Assembly (NCBI GenBank): GCA_009103225.1
Contig: RHPI01003330.1
Span: 355,408 to 419,407 of the forward strand
Direction: 5' to 3'
Length of the DNA: 64,000 nucleotides
Source of the DNA: Chlorokybus atmophyticus
Taxonomy: Eukaryota > Plantae > Mesostigma and Chlorokybus algae
Both the position numbers and the translations under genes were made by a program. The notes beneath the pieces are model-generated. The model was given only the letters and a program-made list of their open reading frames with translations. It ran no database searches and was not told the DNA's origin. Shown here piece by piece: positions 1 to 13,570 of this stretch (its first letter is position 1; the number at the start of each line of letters is the position of its first letter).

Positions 1-1825
1 TGACGAACTTGAGTACTACCAAGCAGCAGCCAGAACTCACATGCTCTAGTGGCAACTTGCTTACCACATGTTGTAGCCGCCCGTCCATATTGTGCACCTC
101 AACGACAACCTAGAAAGCAACTTGCATAAGCTACTGTCTGCGCCATTGTGACATGAATGCCAATGACTTGTTGAGCTGCTCTTGACCAAACACTGCAATC
201 CACGTTCAGCTGACACACCTGTTGTATTCTGTCCCAATCTTGAGCTGCTATGCCGCGCAGAACGTCCAGCTCTGCACGTTCGACATCGATCTTCAACAAG
301 TTCACCTGCCTGCAGAAAACAAATTGCTAGTTGATGAAAACTGTTGCGCAGCACTGATACCCAACGGTGTCCGGATATACTGCACTTGCCTGTCAGGCAC
401 GCGCTTCATGAGCCAGGATACAGTGCGCAAGTCGCAAAGAAACTCCTGCCGCTGCTGAAGCATTCTGTGGACAACAGCGCGGACAGCTGCCGAAAACCAA
501 ACTTCCGGAAACAACCGCAGAAAACGAATGCTCAGGTCCTGCACACACAGCAAGATTACCAAGTGCTTCCGGCTTACAACAACACTCATTGAAAGAGATT
601 ACATGCTACCCACCAGCCAGAATCCCACTACTGGTCGTGCCCCACTTGTTGCTAAGTGTGCCAGATAGGCTTCCATGGACGCCACTACCTGCGTAGTGCA
701 TGTAAATGTCAAAGATTGAACATGACTTTACGCATGTGTGTGCCTGCGGACATGACTGCAGCAAGCATGCACAAGCAGGTAGGCCACGTGCGCATGCCTT
801 GTGGCCGACTGCACCTCAGAGTCATTAGGCATCATGCTGCTCCAGCCAGCTGCCCAAGGGTAAAAGGTGAATGTCGCCTGTGGTGACAAGTCAGGAGTGA
901 ATAGACCAGCAAGTGTTTCGAACCAATCCGTTCGTCAAACAGCATACCATGGGGACACCTGCTCTGCACTTCCTTCACCGACGCCACAGTTGAACAGCTC
1001 TACCTCAGCCCTGGCACCCTGTTGTGTGCCCTGTTCCAAAGCCCTGATGTTTGCTAATAGTGCAGCGAACGGCGCGGGCAATGGCTCAACAGCAAGCACA
1101 GTTCCGCCAGGACAAGCCTACATACATACACAAGCTCTGTCAGCTACAACAATGCTTTTAGTCTCCAAGTGTTGTCGCAGCTAACACAGTACCGACCTGA
1201 GCAGCGTAGAGGGAGAACAGTCCTATGTTCGCTCCTACGTCGATCACAACATCTCCTGCCTTAAGCGAGATCTGTGCAATAAGCAGGGCCAAGCTTACAT
1301 ACCATAAGCAAGTGTAACTTTGCTGCTCATGTAGTGTCAATGCAGATCACTTACCCCGTTCTGTAAGTAGCACTTGTCTTCAAACACCTCTTTGTACAAA
1401 AACTTGACGTCCAACTGGCTTACGCATCTGTTAACAGGCGAGCTTACATGCTAGTGTACGCCAAGACAGTGGCTCACTCTTAAAGTCCACAGTTGTTGCT
1501 CGCACTGCATGGTAGCGTAGCAAGGCAGGCAAGCATTGCAACCTTGAATGTTTGGCATTACGGTTTCTTTGAGACGCCTACCAACAGCAAGGCCAGCTTG
1601 TTTCTTTCCAGGCTCTTACTTGATAAGCATGCCGTTGGGCAGTTTTGCGGTACGCAGCTGTACAGGAATCGGCGGCTTTGCGGAAGCAGGCTGAGCAGGA
1701 GCAACCACAGTCTCTGCGGCAGTAGCATTCGCTCTAAGAACAGCATGCCTAGAGCTGGCATTCCAGCTGAGTCGGCGAGTGTGAGCATGCACATGCGACA
1801 GGTGGAGCCCGACTTTCATTGCCAT
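1..1825 (-). CDS. FkbM-family SAM-dependent methyltransferase with an N-terminal transit-peptide-like leader; multi-exon, 3' end lies beyond the window start
   Basis: Spliced exons read MAMKVGLHLSHV...LPNGMLIK / CVSQLDVKFLYKEVFEDKCYLQNG / ISLKAGDVVIDVGANIGLFSLYAAQ / GGTVLAVEPLP / FTFYPWAAGWSSM / LLKIDVERAELDVLRGI / VVVEVH. DVGANIG, AVEP and LLKIDVE are FkbM hallmarks. Introns are GT-AG. Confidence 0.88.
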
Positions 1826-2780
1826 TGCATGCAGATCTACACTACAGATCTAGCCAATCTGGAGTATAGTCAATCAATGATTGTTACATAACATATGCAC
1901 CACGCCATTGCCTTCTACCACACCCACCAGACCACCACTGCCGCCGCCGCTGCCACGCTGGCACCAGTGTCTTTATGGTACTCGTAAGCCGTACATTCCG
2001 TTCTCGACTGCCCAGCCGCGGTACGTGCTGCAAATTTGTGCTGTGAAGACAGCGGCTGGGCAGCCCAACAAGTCACTTTTTGGTGGCAAAAGTTGTTCTT
2101 GAGCTTGACTTTGGCCGCAGCGACGGCGGCGGCGGCGGCGGTGGCGGTGGTGGAGTGGTGCTTGGGTGAGGTGCTCGTTTGTAATTGTTGTGATGTTTGA
2201 GGTGTCTGCTGTATGTGCCTCTTCTTATGCTGCGCTTGGCAACGTAACTTCTTACTGCTTGGCTTTCTGCGTGGAAAGCGACTGCGCAGTAAGCAGTCTG
2301 TGAAAGCTGCTTCGCCCCTCTTGCTCCCTGAATTGCTGGCTGTTACTGTCTGAAAGTTGAGCTGCATGCGTCTGGTGATTACAAGCTCGGTGTTATTGAC
2401 ATGCATGTGTCCGACCTTAGTCAATTGCTCTTGGAAGCTCCTGTTTGGTACCTCATCAGAGAGCACTCAAATCAGTGACGGTCAGAGCGTCAGAGGACTG
2501 TTGTGAAACAGTATCAACTTAGTCAATTGCCATCTGAGAGCAGGAAGCAAGATGGCTTACTCATTCCTCAGTCACTCGAGTGTTCTTGTCCCTTGTTGAA
2601 CGAAGCCTGATCGACTTCAGCTGCACACGCCTAACAGTCCATGAGAGGAGCATTTCCATGAAAATTGGTCACATCGCCTTGATAACGTCATTGCATAAGT
2701 TGCTGGTTGAGTGCAACCTTGCATGCTTGCAATTGAGCTCAGTGTGTTTCCTCCGCACACAGCACAACAAGCTGTGAGCG

Positions 2781-5700
2781 ATGCACCATGGCCACGGCGG
2801 TGGCGGCCGCCGCGGTGGTGAAGAGCAGAAACCTGGAGAGCTACCCAAGGGGGATCCGCGCAAGCACTTGACTCGTGCCAATAAGAAGTTCCGCATCCAA
2901 GTGTTGGGCTTTGCCGCTGTTGCCATACTTGACATCGGTTTCGCGCTGGTGAGTGTTTTGACGCATGCTCATTGAATTGTATCAGGTTTGCTGCAAGCAT
3001 TTGTCGGCTTCAGCTTGGACTCACCAGATGTATGGTTTAGTTCAACAGCAGCTCACTCAGTCTTGCTGCGACATGGATGCTGTTACATTGCACGCAGAAG
3101 GCATTGGCCAATGCTTGTCACATTCTGTTGATTGCATGTCATGACATGTGCACAGTTGTTAAGCAGACATGGCTGCTGTCATGATTGGTACAGTACCAGT
3201 ACCAATTGCCAACTAACACAGCAACACTGTACAGACTCTTTACTTGCCAACTAACACAGCAACACTGTACAGATTCTTTACTTTGCGCTGCACAATTGGG
3301 ACATTCTGTACGGGCCGTGGCGCATATCTGAGGTCTGGACGGCGTTGACTGCGTTTAGGACAGACTCGTTAGACCTTGTTTGTTTAGCCATTTTGCGCGT
3401 GGCTAGTCTTGTTGCCATTGCGCACTTTGCACCGCGCGCGCAGCTGCCATTGCCCAAGAAGCTAGCAAATATCACAAGAGAGGACAGCAATGGTGTTGAG
3501 GAAGAGCCTCTGCTCCCTACCGACTCAGCTCCTAAGAGTGATGAGACCGCCGCTACCAAGCGCAAGCTCAGCGGGATGTCAAAAGACTTGTACCTGCTCG
3601 GTGCATTCCTGCTTTGCACTTGTTTCCAGCTGTACACGGGTGCGAAGTGCGTGCTGTTTCTGTTCCCGTCGGAGGCTTTGGAAGGCTCTTTGATGGGCGT
3701 AGCGGTGCTGTGGATCAACCTCGAGTCCATTTTCACCAACAGAATCGTAGACACTGCGCAGGTGCGTGTGGACTTCAGCTGCTGCTCATTTGCTGTGATC
3801 ATATGGTCTATCCCAGAACTTGTGCCCGCATAAACATTGGCACTCTGTCATGCAGCTGGCAAGAAGGCTCCTTATCAAGGTGTCGTCGCTCCCGCCGCCA
3901 GATCGTGCAACACAAGAGGGACAGCTGCGAGGCGACAAGGTACTCTTGAGCTACCATGTCGGTGCAATGTGTTATGTGGCGCTTCGCAGCACCGCCGTCA
4001 GTGCTTACTGTTTGGCTGATGTTAGGGGGTACGCGATGAGGGTGAGGTTGATCAACGCAGCTATCTGATGCGCGCTATTGCGCTGGCAAAGGATGAGTGG
4101 GTAAGCTTGCCTGCACTGCTTGCAAGCGACACATGGCAAATCTGTCTGTTCTGACCAGCTGGTTGTGACAATGACACTCACCAGGGATTGATGCTTCTTG
4201 GCTTTGTGTGCCTCGGCGCCACTGCTGGATCAAACCTTGTACTCCCCAAGTACCAGGGAGGGATTCTTGACCGCGTGATTGCAAAGGACCCCGCTGGTGC
4301 GGCACTTGCTGGCTGCAGTGCAATGATTATTTGTTTGTGCTTCCATACACCCTGTGTTTGTATACGGTTCAAACGCTTTTGCTTCCGTTGCAGGTTTCAA
4401 GCGTGATGTGGTGTTGCTGGTGATCTTCAGCCTCATAACTGGACTGTCTGGAGGTGTGCGCGGCCTTTGCTTCTCCATTGTTGGCAAGCGCATTCAGAAG
4501 ACGCTGCAGAATAAATTGTTCCAAGGCATCATAATACAGGTAGTCAATGTGTACGCCGCGAACGCTTGCATCCAATACTTGCGGCATTGTGTTGATGGAA
4601 TTGTTGCAGGACGTTGCGTACTTTGATGCAACTACCTCGGGCGAGCTAACGTCTAGATTAACAAATGACGTTAGCGCGATGGCAGAGCCGTGCAACTGGA
4701 TGCTCAGTGCCATTGTTCGCAACTTTCTCGTATTCGTGGGCGGCTTCATCATGTGCTTCCTCACCAGCTGGAAGCTGTTTATGTTAGCCTTTACCACCAT
4801 GGCGCCTGTCATGCACATCACCACTGTGTACTCTAGGTGGAGCCGCAATCTAAACAGGTCGATGACATGCATTCATGTTGGTTTTATGCCACGGTGTATC
4901 AGTATCTTTGCTGCTTACATATTAATTGTCCGGGCAGGGCTCGCTATGCGATGCTTGCGGATGCCAACTCAGTGGCGGTAAGTGCCTGTTATTGTAATGC
5001 ATTGCGTGTTACTCCATGCCACTCCTTGTCCGGCTGATTTTGTTTAATTTTCAGTCAGAAGCGCTCGGAAACATACGCACAGTGCGTGCTTTTTCCACCG
5101 AGCCGGAAGAGATCAAGAAGTTTGAGCAGAAGACACTAGATGCTCTCAAGACAGGAATCAAGGATGCCTTGGGATACTCTGGAGCAGTTGCCATCAACAA
5201 CTGGCTGGACCTTGGTGCAAGCGTCATCATTCTCTGGTACTCTGTCAATGACTCGCTGTCAAGCAGACAAAAGCAACCGTAGAGAAGGACGCTTTGTAAA
5301 TATGCAACACCACTGGTAAGAAGTGGTTCCTTACCGCAGATTGCTTTTGTCACAGGTACGGAGGGATGTTGGTGATGGATGGGCGGCTCACCATTGGCCG
5401 GCTCATTACCTTCCAGCTGTAAGTTTATGCAAGAGTTTTGCTCTGCGTTTGCTGGTGTGTGTGCTGAGTGCTTAACCAGTCATAACATGCAGGTACTGGG
5501 GTATGATCCAAAACTCTTACCAGTCCTTCATGAGTGTGCTGACCTCCCTCACCCGCGCTGCTGGTGCTGCACAGCGCGTGTTGTCTTTGGTAGATGCTCT
5601 GCCAGACATTGATCCCTTTAGTGGCACAAAGGTGCAAGCAGCACTTGGCCTCAAGTTTTGTTAGATTCCAGCTTGCCTGTCGCCTGATGTCTGCTTTGGC

Positions 5701-7126
5701 TGCTACAGGCGTCAGCTGTGAAGGGTGATTTGCAGATGGACAATGTGCGCTTCGTGTATCAGATGCGTCCGAACCAGCCTGTTCTTCAGGGAATCACCCT
5801 GCATGTACGGATGACACCGTTCTCGGTTGACATGTTTGCAGCGAATCGCGTGCTAATTGCTCGCAGAGCTAATGATAGCGATTGTTTATTATAAGCAGGT
5901 GGCTCCAGGGCAGGTTTGCGCACTAGTTGGCAGGAGCGGTGGAGGCAAAAGTACCATGGTGCATCTGTTCATGAGGTTGGTCGTCAACATACCAGCACTG
6001 CATGCTGATTTGCTGGTTTATACTTTGCTTTCAGCACTGGCTAGCTTTATGATAATCCAACCTTGAAAACCAGGTTTTATGACCCGACCAGCGGTGTGGT
6101 CAGACTGGATGGCGCTGACCTCAGGTCGTTGAACCTCCGGTCGTGTCATCAGCATATGGGGCTTGTTGCGCAGGAAACACAGATGTTTGCCACAACCGTT
6201 GAAGGTAATTACATGTGCGTGCTGTTGGAACGCGGTCCCGGTTGGCAAGGGCATCGGTGTCACACTGTTTGTGTGTCCAGGCAACATTGCGTATGGGGTC
6301 GCGGAGTACACACAAGAAGAATTGCTGGAGGCCTCCCGGCTTGCCAACGCGCATGACTTCATCTCAAAGTTTTCCGATGGCTACAAGACAAGGTGATTGC
6401 ATGGCTACAAGTGCAACACTGGCTGCTGAACATTGCATTGCTCATCTGCTGAGACTAAAGAGACCGTCTACCTGAAACAGGGTTGGGGAGCGTGGCGTGC
6501 GGCTGTCAGGCGGTACAGGCTGTACTGTGCTTAGCAACAGTAACTTGAGGGTTCCAATGCAACAGCAATTGCATACTAACGGGCACTGGTGTTGCAGGAC
6601 AGCGCCAGCGGATTGCAATTGCACGCATGCTGCTTAGAAAGCCCAAGGTGTTGCTGCTGGATGAGGCGACGAGCTCGCTGGACACCGAAAGTGAGGCTCT
6701 TGTACAGAAGGCCATTGACAACCTCATAACGCAAGGTACAACAAGCATTGCCGCACTGATGCGGACACTTGTTAACAACTATAGGCTGTCGTTGGTATCT
6801 GCACAATGACGTCATACCTGTCTACATTATACGCAATTGTCCCTGGCTTTCAAAAACCGGCCCGTATTGTTTCAACAGGCAACAGGACTGTGGTGTTGGT
6901 TGCGCATCGCCTCAGCACAGTGCGCAACGCTGACAGCATTGCAGTCATTGAAAATGGAGTGATTGCGGAACAAGGGACGCATGATCAGCTGTTGGCGAAA
7001 GAAGGTGTCTACACCAGATTAGTGCGGCGGCAGCTTGCAAAGCAGCAGCAGCAACTACAGGAGGACATCGATGAGCTCGGCACCGATGCCAATGGCATCA
7101 ACGGAGCAGAACACTCACAGACATAA
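2781..7126 (+). CDS. ABC transporter subfamily B half-transporter (TAP/ABCB9-like; TMD + NBD), about 17 exons
   Basis: TMD exons ([28 protein letters not shown]), Walker [11 protein letters not shown]-loop VAQE, signature [13 protein letters not shown] split by an intron, Walker [13 protein letters not shown]-loop VAHRLSTV; stop TAA at 7124-7126. Confidence 0.95.
3206..3281 (+). repeat. 38-bp tandem duplication (2 copies, 1 mismatch) spanning the 3' splice site of ABCB intron 1
   Basis: ttgccaactaacacagcaacactgtacaga(c/t)tctttac at 3206-3243 and 3244-3281. Confidence 0.95.
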
Positions 7127-7933
7127 CAATGCTTGCATTGCCGTGGGTTGCTGCTGGACGGCATGCCAGTCACAGTGCACGCGCCAATAATTGACTGATT
7201 TGCAAATAGCAGGTAAGTGTGGCCAGGCGCCAGGCATTTTTACATTGCATTTGTGTAGTGGTAGGGTTTCCCACCGATGCAGTTGCTGTAGCTGATAGTT
7301 GCCAGTGCTGGTGTTGGTTTAGCGCAGGCCTGAGATTGTGTAGTTACTAGAGATGACACAGCCGACCTCAGCCCATTATTGTCACACCATTATTTGGGGG
7401 CCAAGCATGGTCCGTGACATAACAGAGTTTTTGATAGGAAAGGGATAGAGGAGCCAGGCAACAAGTGTGAGGGTCACTCCAGTGTTGTCCATCACATCTC
7501 TGCACAAGCAAACTCGCAACAGCTATGTAACAAAGGCCACGCAGCAGGCTGGTGAAGCCAGCGATATCTAGCATTTCTAAACCAACACCACATGAGAGCA
7601 CGCAAAATGTTCTTCACCAGTTTACAGGATATTTACCGCGCTGATGTGCACACGCAACACCGTGCATGATAGTGCCCAAGAGATGCAAAGTACAACTCGT
7701 ACACGCAAATCTATGTGAACACGCCATGCCACAACCACAACACAACCACTTACCCAATTGACAACCGGGCCAAGGTATGCACTTGCCCGTTATCACTCAC
7801 TACCCCTATCACTATCGTCTGCATATGCGGCGAGCATGATGACTTGCTGACGTGCAGCAATGAAATTGCTTTACATCTCGTGTGCAGCCTGTCAGCTATC
7901 AACCCTTGCATGTCATCAACCTTTGCATGTCAG

Positions 7934-7965
7934 CTCTCCCCCCCCACCCCACCCCCCACCCCCCC
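7934..7965 (-). other. C-run tract (G-quadruplex-capable on the minus strand) between the convergent ABCB and REV1 3' ends
   Basis: Four or more runs of >=4 C separated by single A (ctctcccccccc-a-cccc-a-cccccc-a-ccccccc). Confidence 0.55.
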
Positions 7966-8207
7966 TCGACAACTTACATCGTGTCACATCTGCGGTGTCA
8001 ATCAGTCCACGCCACCTCTACTACTGCTTGCACTTAAATAAATCAGGCCCCCAGCCGACCCGTGTAAATAGTTGTATAAACTTTCTTACCTGCTTGCTGG
8101 CCTGGTTTTGGTGTGCGGATGCATCCACATGGTTGTGCATGTGGAGAGCTTACTAGTTGAATGCAGCGTTCCAAGCTTACAACTATACAACATAGCTCTG
8201 CTTTGTT

Positions 8208-11200
8208 TCAAATAGCAAGGGATCCGCCATATAACCTGTGCACGCATATCTGAGCAGCCTGCAACACCTTGTCGTATATAGGTTGCCAAACTGCATGCTT
8301 GAAAGCAAAACGGCGCATGAATCGTATGACGCGCTGTGTCTCTTCCAGATTTGTCTGCACAAGCTCCACCAAATATTGCGCGGTGATCTCACCAACGGCC
8401 CCCATGCGTTCCTCTGCATCCAGCAACGAGCTACCTGTCAACTCCTGCATGGAACGTGCAAGAACAGTGCGCACTCCGTCAATGTCTTCAGAAGCAAACA
8501 TTGTCCTGCCTTCGCACAACTTCTGTTCTGGGCACATCTTAATTGGCGCAGCCTCCAGCCTCGAAGTGGAGGGCTTCAACTGAGGGTCGGTGCTGGCGCC
8601 AAGGGAAGCTGCCAAATCAGCGCGTACCTCAGCGGGTAATTGCGCCCATACTGCTTTGTCCACCTGCATCGGCAACTTGTCAACTCCGTGACACGCAGCC
8701 AGCCAAGCAATTCGTCAATTTGCGCATTGATAACGTTTCAAGTATGCTAGACAAACCTGGCTAATTGATGTGGGCAGTGCAGGTTTCCTATCCAGAGTTG
8801 CTGCTGGCTGTTGCGGCGCAGCCAATGCTTTCTGGTTTGGTCCATGCGGTGCTGCAACATCCTTCACTGGAGCTTTTGCATGCTGTGCAAGTGGCGCACG
8901 ATCTGTTGCCACAGGACTTGGGACGACCTGGCGATTGCCTCTTTGAGCTGGGGATCGGCCTGGAGGCGCTTTGTTGGAGCTACCACGTCTGCACACCAAG
9001 TTCAAGTTGAACCTTAAGGCACAACGCATACACTCAGCTGGATGACCTGATTCGAGACCAGCAGAGTACCTGCCTCGACGGCTGCTACTTGCACGTGTGG
9101 CGCGTGCACTGTGTTGTCCTCCAGACTGCTGCTGCTGCTGCTGCTCATAGGCGCGTTCAATCTCCCTTCTCATGACCAGCGGTAAAGCATCTAGCACTGA
9201 TGGATCCAGCTGAGATGATGGCGGCAGCTGTTCTATGCTTGGAGATGTTCCATGTCCAGTTTGCGAAGGGAATGGTGACAATGGAGGTGAAACTGGCTGT
9301 GGCTCAACTGGTTTTTGTGATTCAACTTGCACTGGAGGCAAGGGCTTGGGACTGTTGTGACAAGGGAGTGCAGCTACATACTCACTCCTGATGTGATCCG
9401 GAAGTGCCGCCCACACCGAAGGATCCACATGCGGTGGAGCCGACAGCGCCCTGCCATTACCGATACTGCTGGGTTCTTGTTCAGAGGGTGCAGGAACTTC
9501 GCGTTGACGATGATACTCTGACTTCAGCTCATCAAGAACGTCCGGTGGTAACTCTGCCATAACTGAAGGGTCTAGCTCCGAGATGGGTGGAAGCATTTGC
9601 ATGCTTGCAGACGGCGCAGGCTGCATGGTTGCTGCGGATGTGCTTGCCCCGAACAATTGTCGAGCTGAAGCCGGCCTGGGCTGGGGAATAGTCTGAATTT
9701 GCACTTCCCCAGGTGTAGCGTCGATTAGAAGTGCCTTGCCGCGCTCTTTCCGCAACATGGCAGCACAGCCTTCATGGTGTGTAAGGATTAATCCCGCACC
9801 ACTGCCGTCAAGCTCTGTAGCATCATCTGCAGCAGGTGCTGCACGTTCTTTATCCAAGTTATCATCCAACGCATCAACTTCTTGCGCGGGGGGAGGTGTG
9901 CGATGATTGGGATTAACGTCTACAACCACTTCTCGCTCGGGTTCTGCGGCCTCAGCAGCACTGTCATCATCACTGTCACCCAGGCCCTCATCCACCTTCA
10001 GCTCAGCAGAAGGCACAAGTTGCATGCCGCTCATCCAGCTGGGTACTGTTTGGTCCCAGACTGAGGGCTTCGGTGCTCCCAAGCGGCCACGCGTAACAGA
10101 TGAAGAGGGTTTTGCAACTGATGATGACGTGTCATTGCTGAGACGGGTCATCTGGAGTCCAACACCGCGAAGCTCACTGGGAGGGATTTTGAGGAAGCTG
10201 TACAGCTGTGTATCAACAAGGTCAGGGATAGAGCTGCGACAACAGCCACTCGACAACTCCGCTGCAAACTGCAGCAGTACAGCGCACCTGCTTGGCTTCC
10301 TGCCCAACAATGGCTGGGTCATCTGTAAATGAAGCCAAAGTCACTGATCTACTAAAGCTGTCGCATATACCGCAGCCCATAAACTTTGCAGGCTCCGGAG
10401 CTCCTAACTTCTTGCGTTTAACTTTCAGAGTGATTGTCCTGGACTTCACGCCAGCCTCCCGCAATCGCGAGCACACCTAAGAGGTATACGCAGGGTATAT
10501 ACAATTCATCCACATGTGCTATGTACCCAGCTCCAGGACAAGTAACTCCTGATCCCTGCCTACCTCCTTCGCAATGTCCTCAATGAACTTCGATACTTCG
10601 TCATCTCGAGTAAAGCGTACACCCCAATTAACATCTGCACCGATAGACTTTCGTTGCTGCTCAGCCTGCCAACAAGATAACAATCTGTCCACTTGCGGGC
10701 AGTCAGCAATAATGTGTGCTGACCGGTCTGACGGAATCAACATACCTTCAGCTCCCTGTTGTCGACACCACGTGCATACTGGTACAGCATCACACCAGTT
10801 TTGTCACCAAGCTCCCGCTGCAGATGCGCTTTGGACTGAGCCAGGACATGCTTGCACTGCGTAATACCCATAACTTCAAGTCTTTCGCGCAATGACCAAC
10901 CAATACCGGGCAGCTCCCTTACTGGCAAATCTCCCATGTACTGCTCAACTTCATCCATAGTGAGGTGGTACTGACCATTTGGCTTGGCGCGTTTTGTGGC
11001 CAACCTGGCTAGAAGCATGTTATGCGAAATACCGGCACTGGCAGTTAGGCCACCAGTGGCTTCTTGAATCTGAGTTCTAATTTTTGCTGCTAACTGCGAG
11101 GGATCACCAAGCCCGCTTATGTCCAGAAACGCTTCATCACAGCTAAGGGCCTGCACAGACCCGCAGTACAAACGTGGGTATTGGTCACTAGTCACAGGTG

Positions 11201-13570
11201 AGTCTGTGTCTCCAACCATACCTGCACATGCAGCGTGTGGGACAGTAGAACACGGTACATAGCTTCAGAAGCCTCCGCATACTTGTCAAACTCGTAAGGC
11301 ATGACCACTAGCTCTGGGCACATGGACTTGGCAGAGCTGCAAGGCAAGAAGCATAACCACCACAATTATTGCAAGTACAGCAAGCGAATCCGGATGGCAA
11401 GGAGCAAAATTTGAAAACGATATGCTGGCATGCGTCGTACCTCATAAACATGCCAGCTTTGATGCCAAACTTGCGCGCTTCATAATTGGCGGAGGAAATC
11501 TCAGCTGAACCACTGAAGTTACTGTGGCAAATTGCGACGCATTTTCCTGTAAGCTCAGAATAATCCCGCATCGCTATGGAAGCAAAGAAAGAGTCCATGT
11601 CTATGTGCATTATGCACCGTGGCGCATTGTTGCTTGGTGTGGACCCTGCATGCATGCCTGCCATGGCAGCGCTGAGAGCCTGCCACACATGATCACTCAG
11701 CCGTTGAGCCAGTCAAGCATGCCGACTTCAGCTTGCCCACAGTGACTGCCCGAATGCATGTTATTGAATAGACAAACCAGCCAATGTAACTGTAAAGCAC
11801 CTGGAAACGTGCTTTCCAGGTCCCGATGAAATGAAGCCGTGAGGCCTTATGAAAGTTTTCAACGAAGTTTGGGTCGTCCTTTGATGTCTTTGGGTTGCCT
11901 TTGAGCAGTGCACAAGCAGCGCGAGCGTCTGCAGCAACTTGCTGGGCAGACTTGACAGGCATAGTGGGTCGCAACACATTGCTTGCTTGATGAGGAAGAG
12001 GATGAGGTCCTGAGCCAGGGTGCCTCATGCTTGTAGCAGGCGCATGCGCATCATTGGTCACACTGCTGCGCATCTCCTGTTCTTGTTGTTGTGCGCTAAT
12101 AGCAGTACCAACTTGATCACATGATGGCACATCTTGAAGAGCCACAGTGCGTGCTTCAGAGCTAGCATTGTAAGCGGCATTGGCTGTGGGCAACACAGCT
12201 CGCAGCATGCGTTGTCCCGGGAATTGCAGCTGCAGGCGCTCCAGCTGGTAGTCCGACACTGCCAAGCCAGACAGGAGTCAGACCTGAGCAACACCACAAG
12301 TCAGTGCTGCAGCTCACTACCTGGCAGCAATCTCCCAGCTTGAAGAGAATCAGTCACCCATTCTGGCCGCACAATCGGAGGCGGGTGACCTTTGCTGAAG
12401 CAAACAACGCATGAGCAAACTTCATATCATTATCTAAGCACCAGCAGCCACACACCTGAACTCCCGTATCTTAGCGTCCGGCAGGTTGGAACAGATAATG
12501 TGTGTCACAAGAGCTCTTGTGTAGTAGTTCTCAAAGTTGCCACCATGCTGGGCCATCAACTCCCGCAACTCCTACGCGAGCCATGCATGTTAAGTAGGCA
12601 CCCGCAAATGTGCTGGGTACAACACGTATAACCTAGAAACCCAGCATCCCAGCTGGAATGCATGCGAGCTGTTAAAGAAGGCTGGTTCTGCCTATGTATG
12701 CTGTGTGTCAATGGAGGCTGTTATGTGGGGCGATCTGGCATGGTGGCCGTGAACTGAATGCTGCAAACAAGGAGAATGCATTGCTGACAGAGAGTGCAAT
12801 GCCTTCTCTGTGTTTGTAACGCACCGAGTGCGAGGGTTTGGTGAAGCCATTAACATGAATGGAAACACCACTGAACAAGTTGCTTCTGTGCACTGCTTTG
12901 TCACTCTGCAGGCTGTTACGCAAGCAGAGGTCAGTATGTTGAACACAGTTCAACAAAGCTTTGCACAGCTATTGAACAATACCCAATATCCGCTTGCCAT
13001 GCTGCTTGTTCCTCATATTGTTCGCGTATCTTTCTGACCTTGTTGGCCATATACCTGCCAACGAATTGTGAATACCTCTAGCATCATGCATGCGAACAAG
13101 CTGACCTTTGGCTACCAATTTGAAACACACGAGAGGCGCCATGTTGAAACGACCGTGTTCATGTGCAACAGCGGTGGTAAACGACACAACTAACACAGCG
13201 CGGGGACGTGCATGTGAGATCATATGACTAATCATATGAGTGCTGTAGGCAATCTGAGCTGCTTACATGCATGTACATGCAAGCTGCCCAGAACGCAAGC
13301 TTCTCAAGAACATGTGCGCATGTATACAAGAAGTAACAAATGGAGGACAACTGCATACAATAGCAAGGTGTTGAGCATGTTGATCTAGTATACAACGTAC
13401 ATGCCAAAGTCGTTGCTGTGGCCATCCTCGACCCGTCGTTCCCGCGTCGGTGGCGGGCGCTTGGCACTGCGGGGGGCAGGGATCCACCCGGGGCTTTTTT
13501 GCGGTGTCTTCCCCGAGGCCTTGTTCTTCGCCTCGCCTTCTTCACTGCTCCCTTCACTATCAGCCCCCAT
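8208..13570 (-). CDS. REV1: REV1 translesion (Y-family) deoxycytidyl transferase: BRCT, IMS polymerase core, four UBM-like motifs, Rev1-C
   Basis: DFGMYMANKVRKIREQY N-terminus; BRCT (FSGVSIHVNGFTKPS, VTHIICSNLP, IVRPEWVTDS); N-digit SRLHFIGTWK; catalytic HIDMDSFFASI and SCDEAFLD; HhH ELPGIGWS; SRTITLKVKRKKLGAPEPAKFMGCG; C-terminal LEETQRVIRFMRR...YGGSLAI*. Confidence 0.97.

Noticed and set aside
1915-2466. 183-aa minus-strand ORF
   Set aside because: It lies in the FkbM/ABCB divergent leader, starts at a non-ATG codon, runs through (GGC)n low complexity and has no recognisable motif.
8715-10322. Alternative nuclear genetic code (TAA/TAG = Gln, as in some ulvophytes), prompted by the TAG at 56534
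   Set aside because: This 535-codon Gln-rich REV1 frame has no TAA/TAG, and conserved genes end at the expected places with TAA (ABCB, GatA) and TAG (PRPL10).
9907-10332. Long antisense ORFs over real exons (also 3278-3802, 4369-4872, 29517-29900, 41467-41859)
   Set aside because: These are shadow frames of conserved coding exons and carry no independent motifs.
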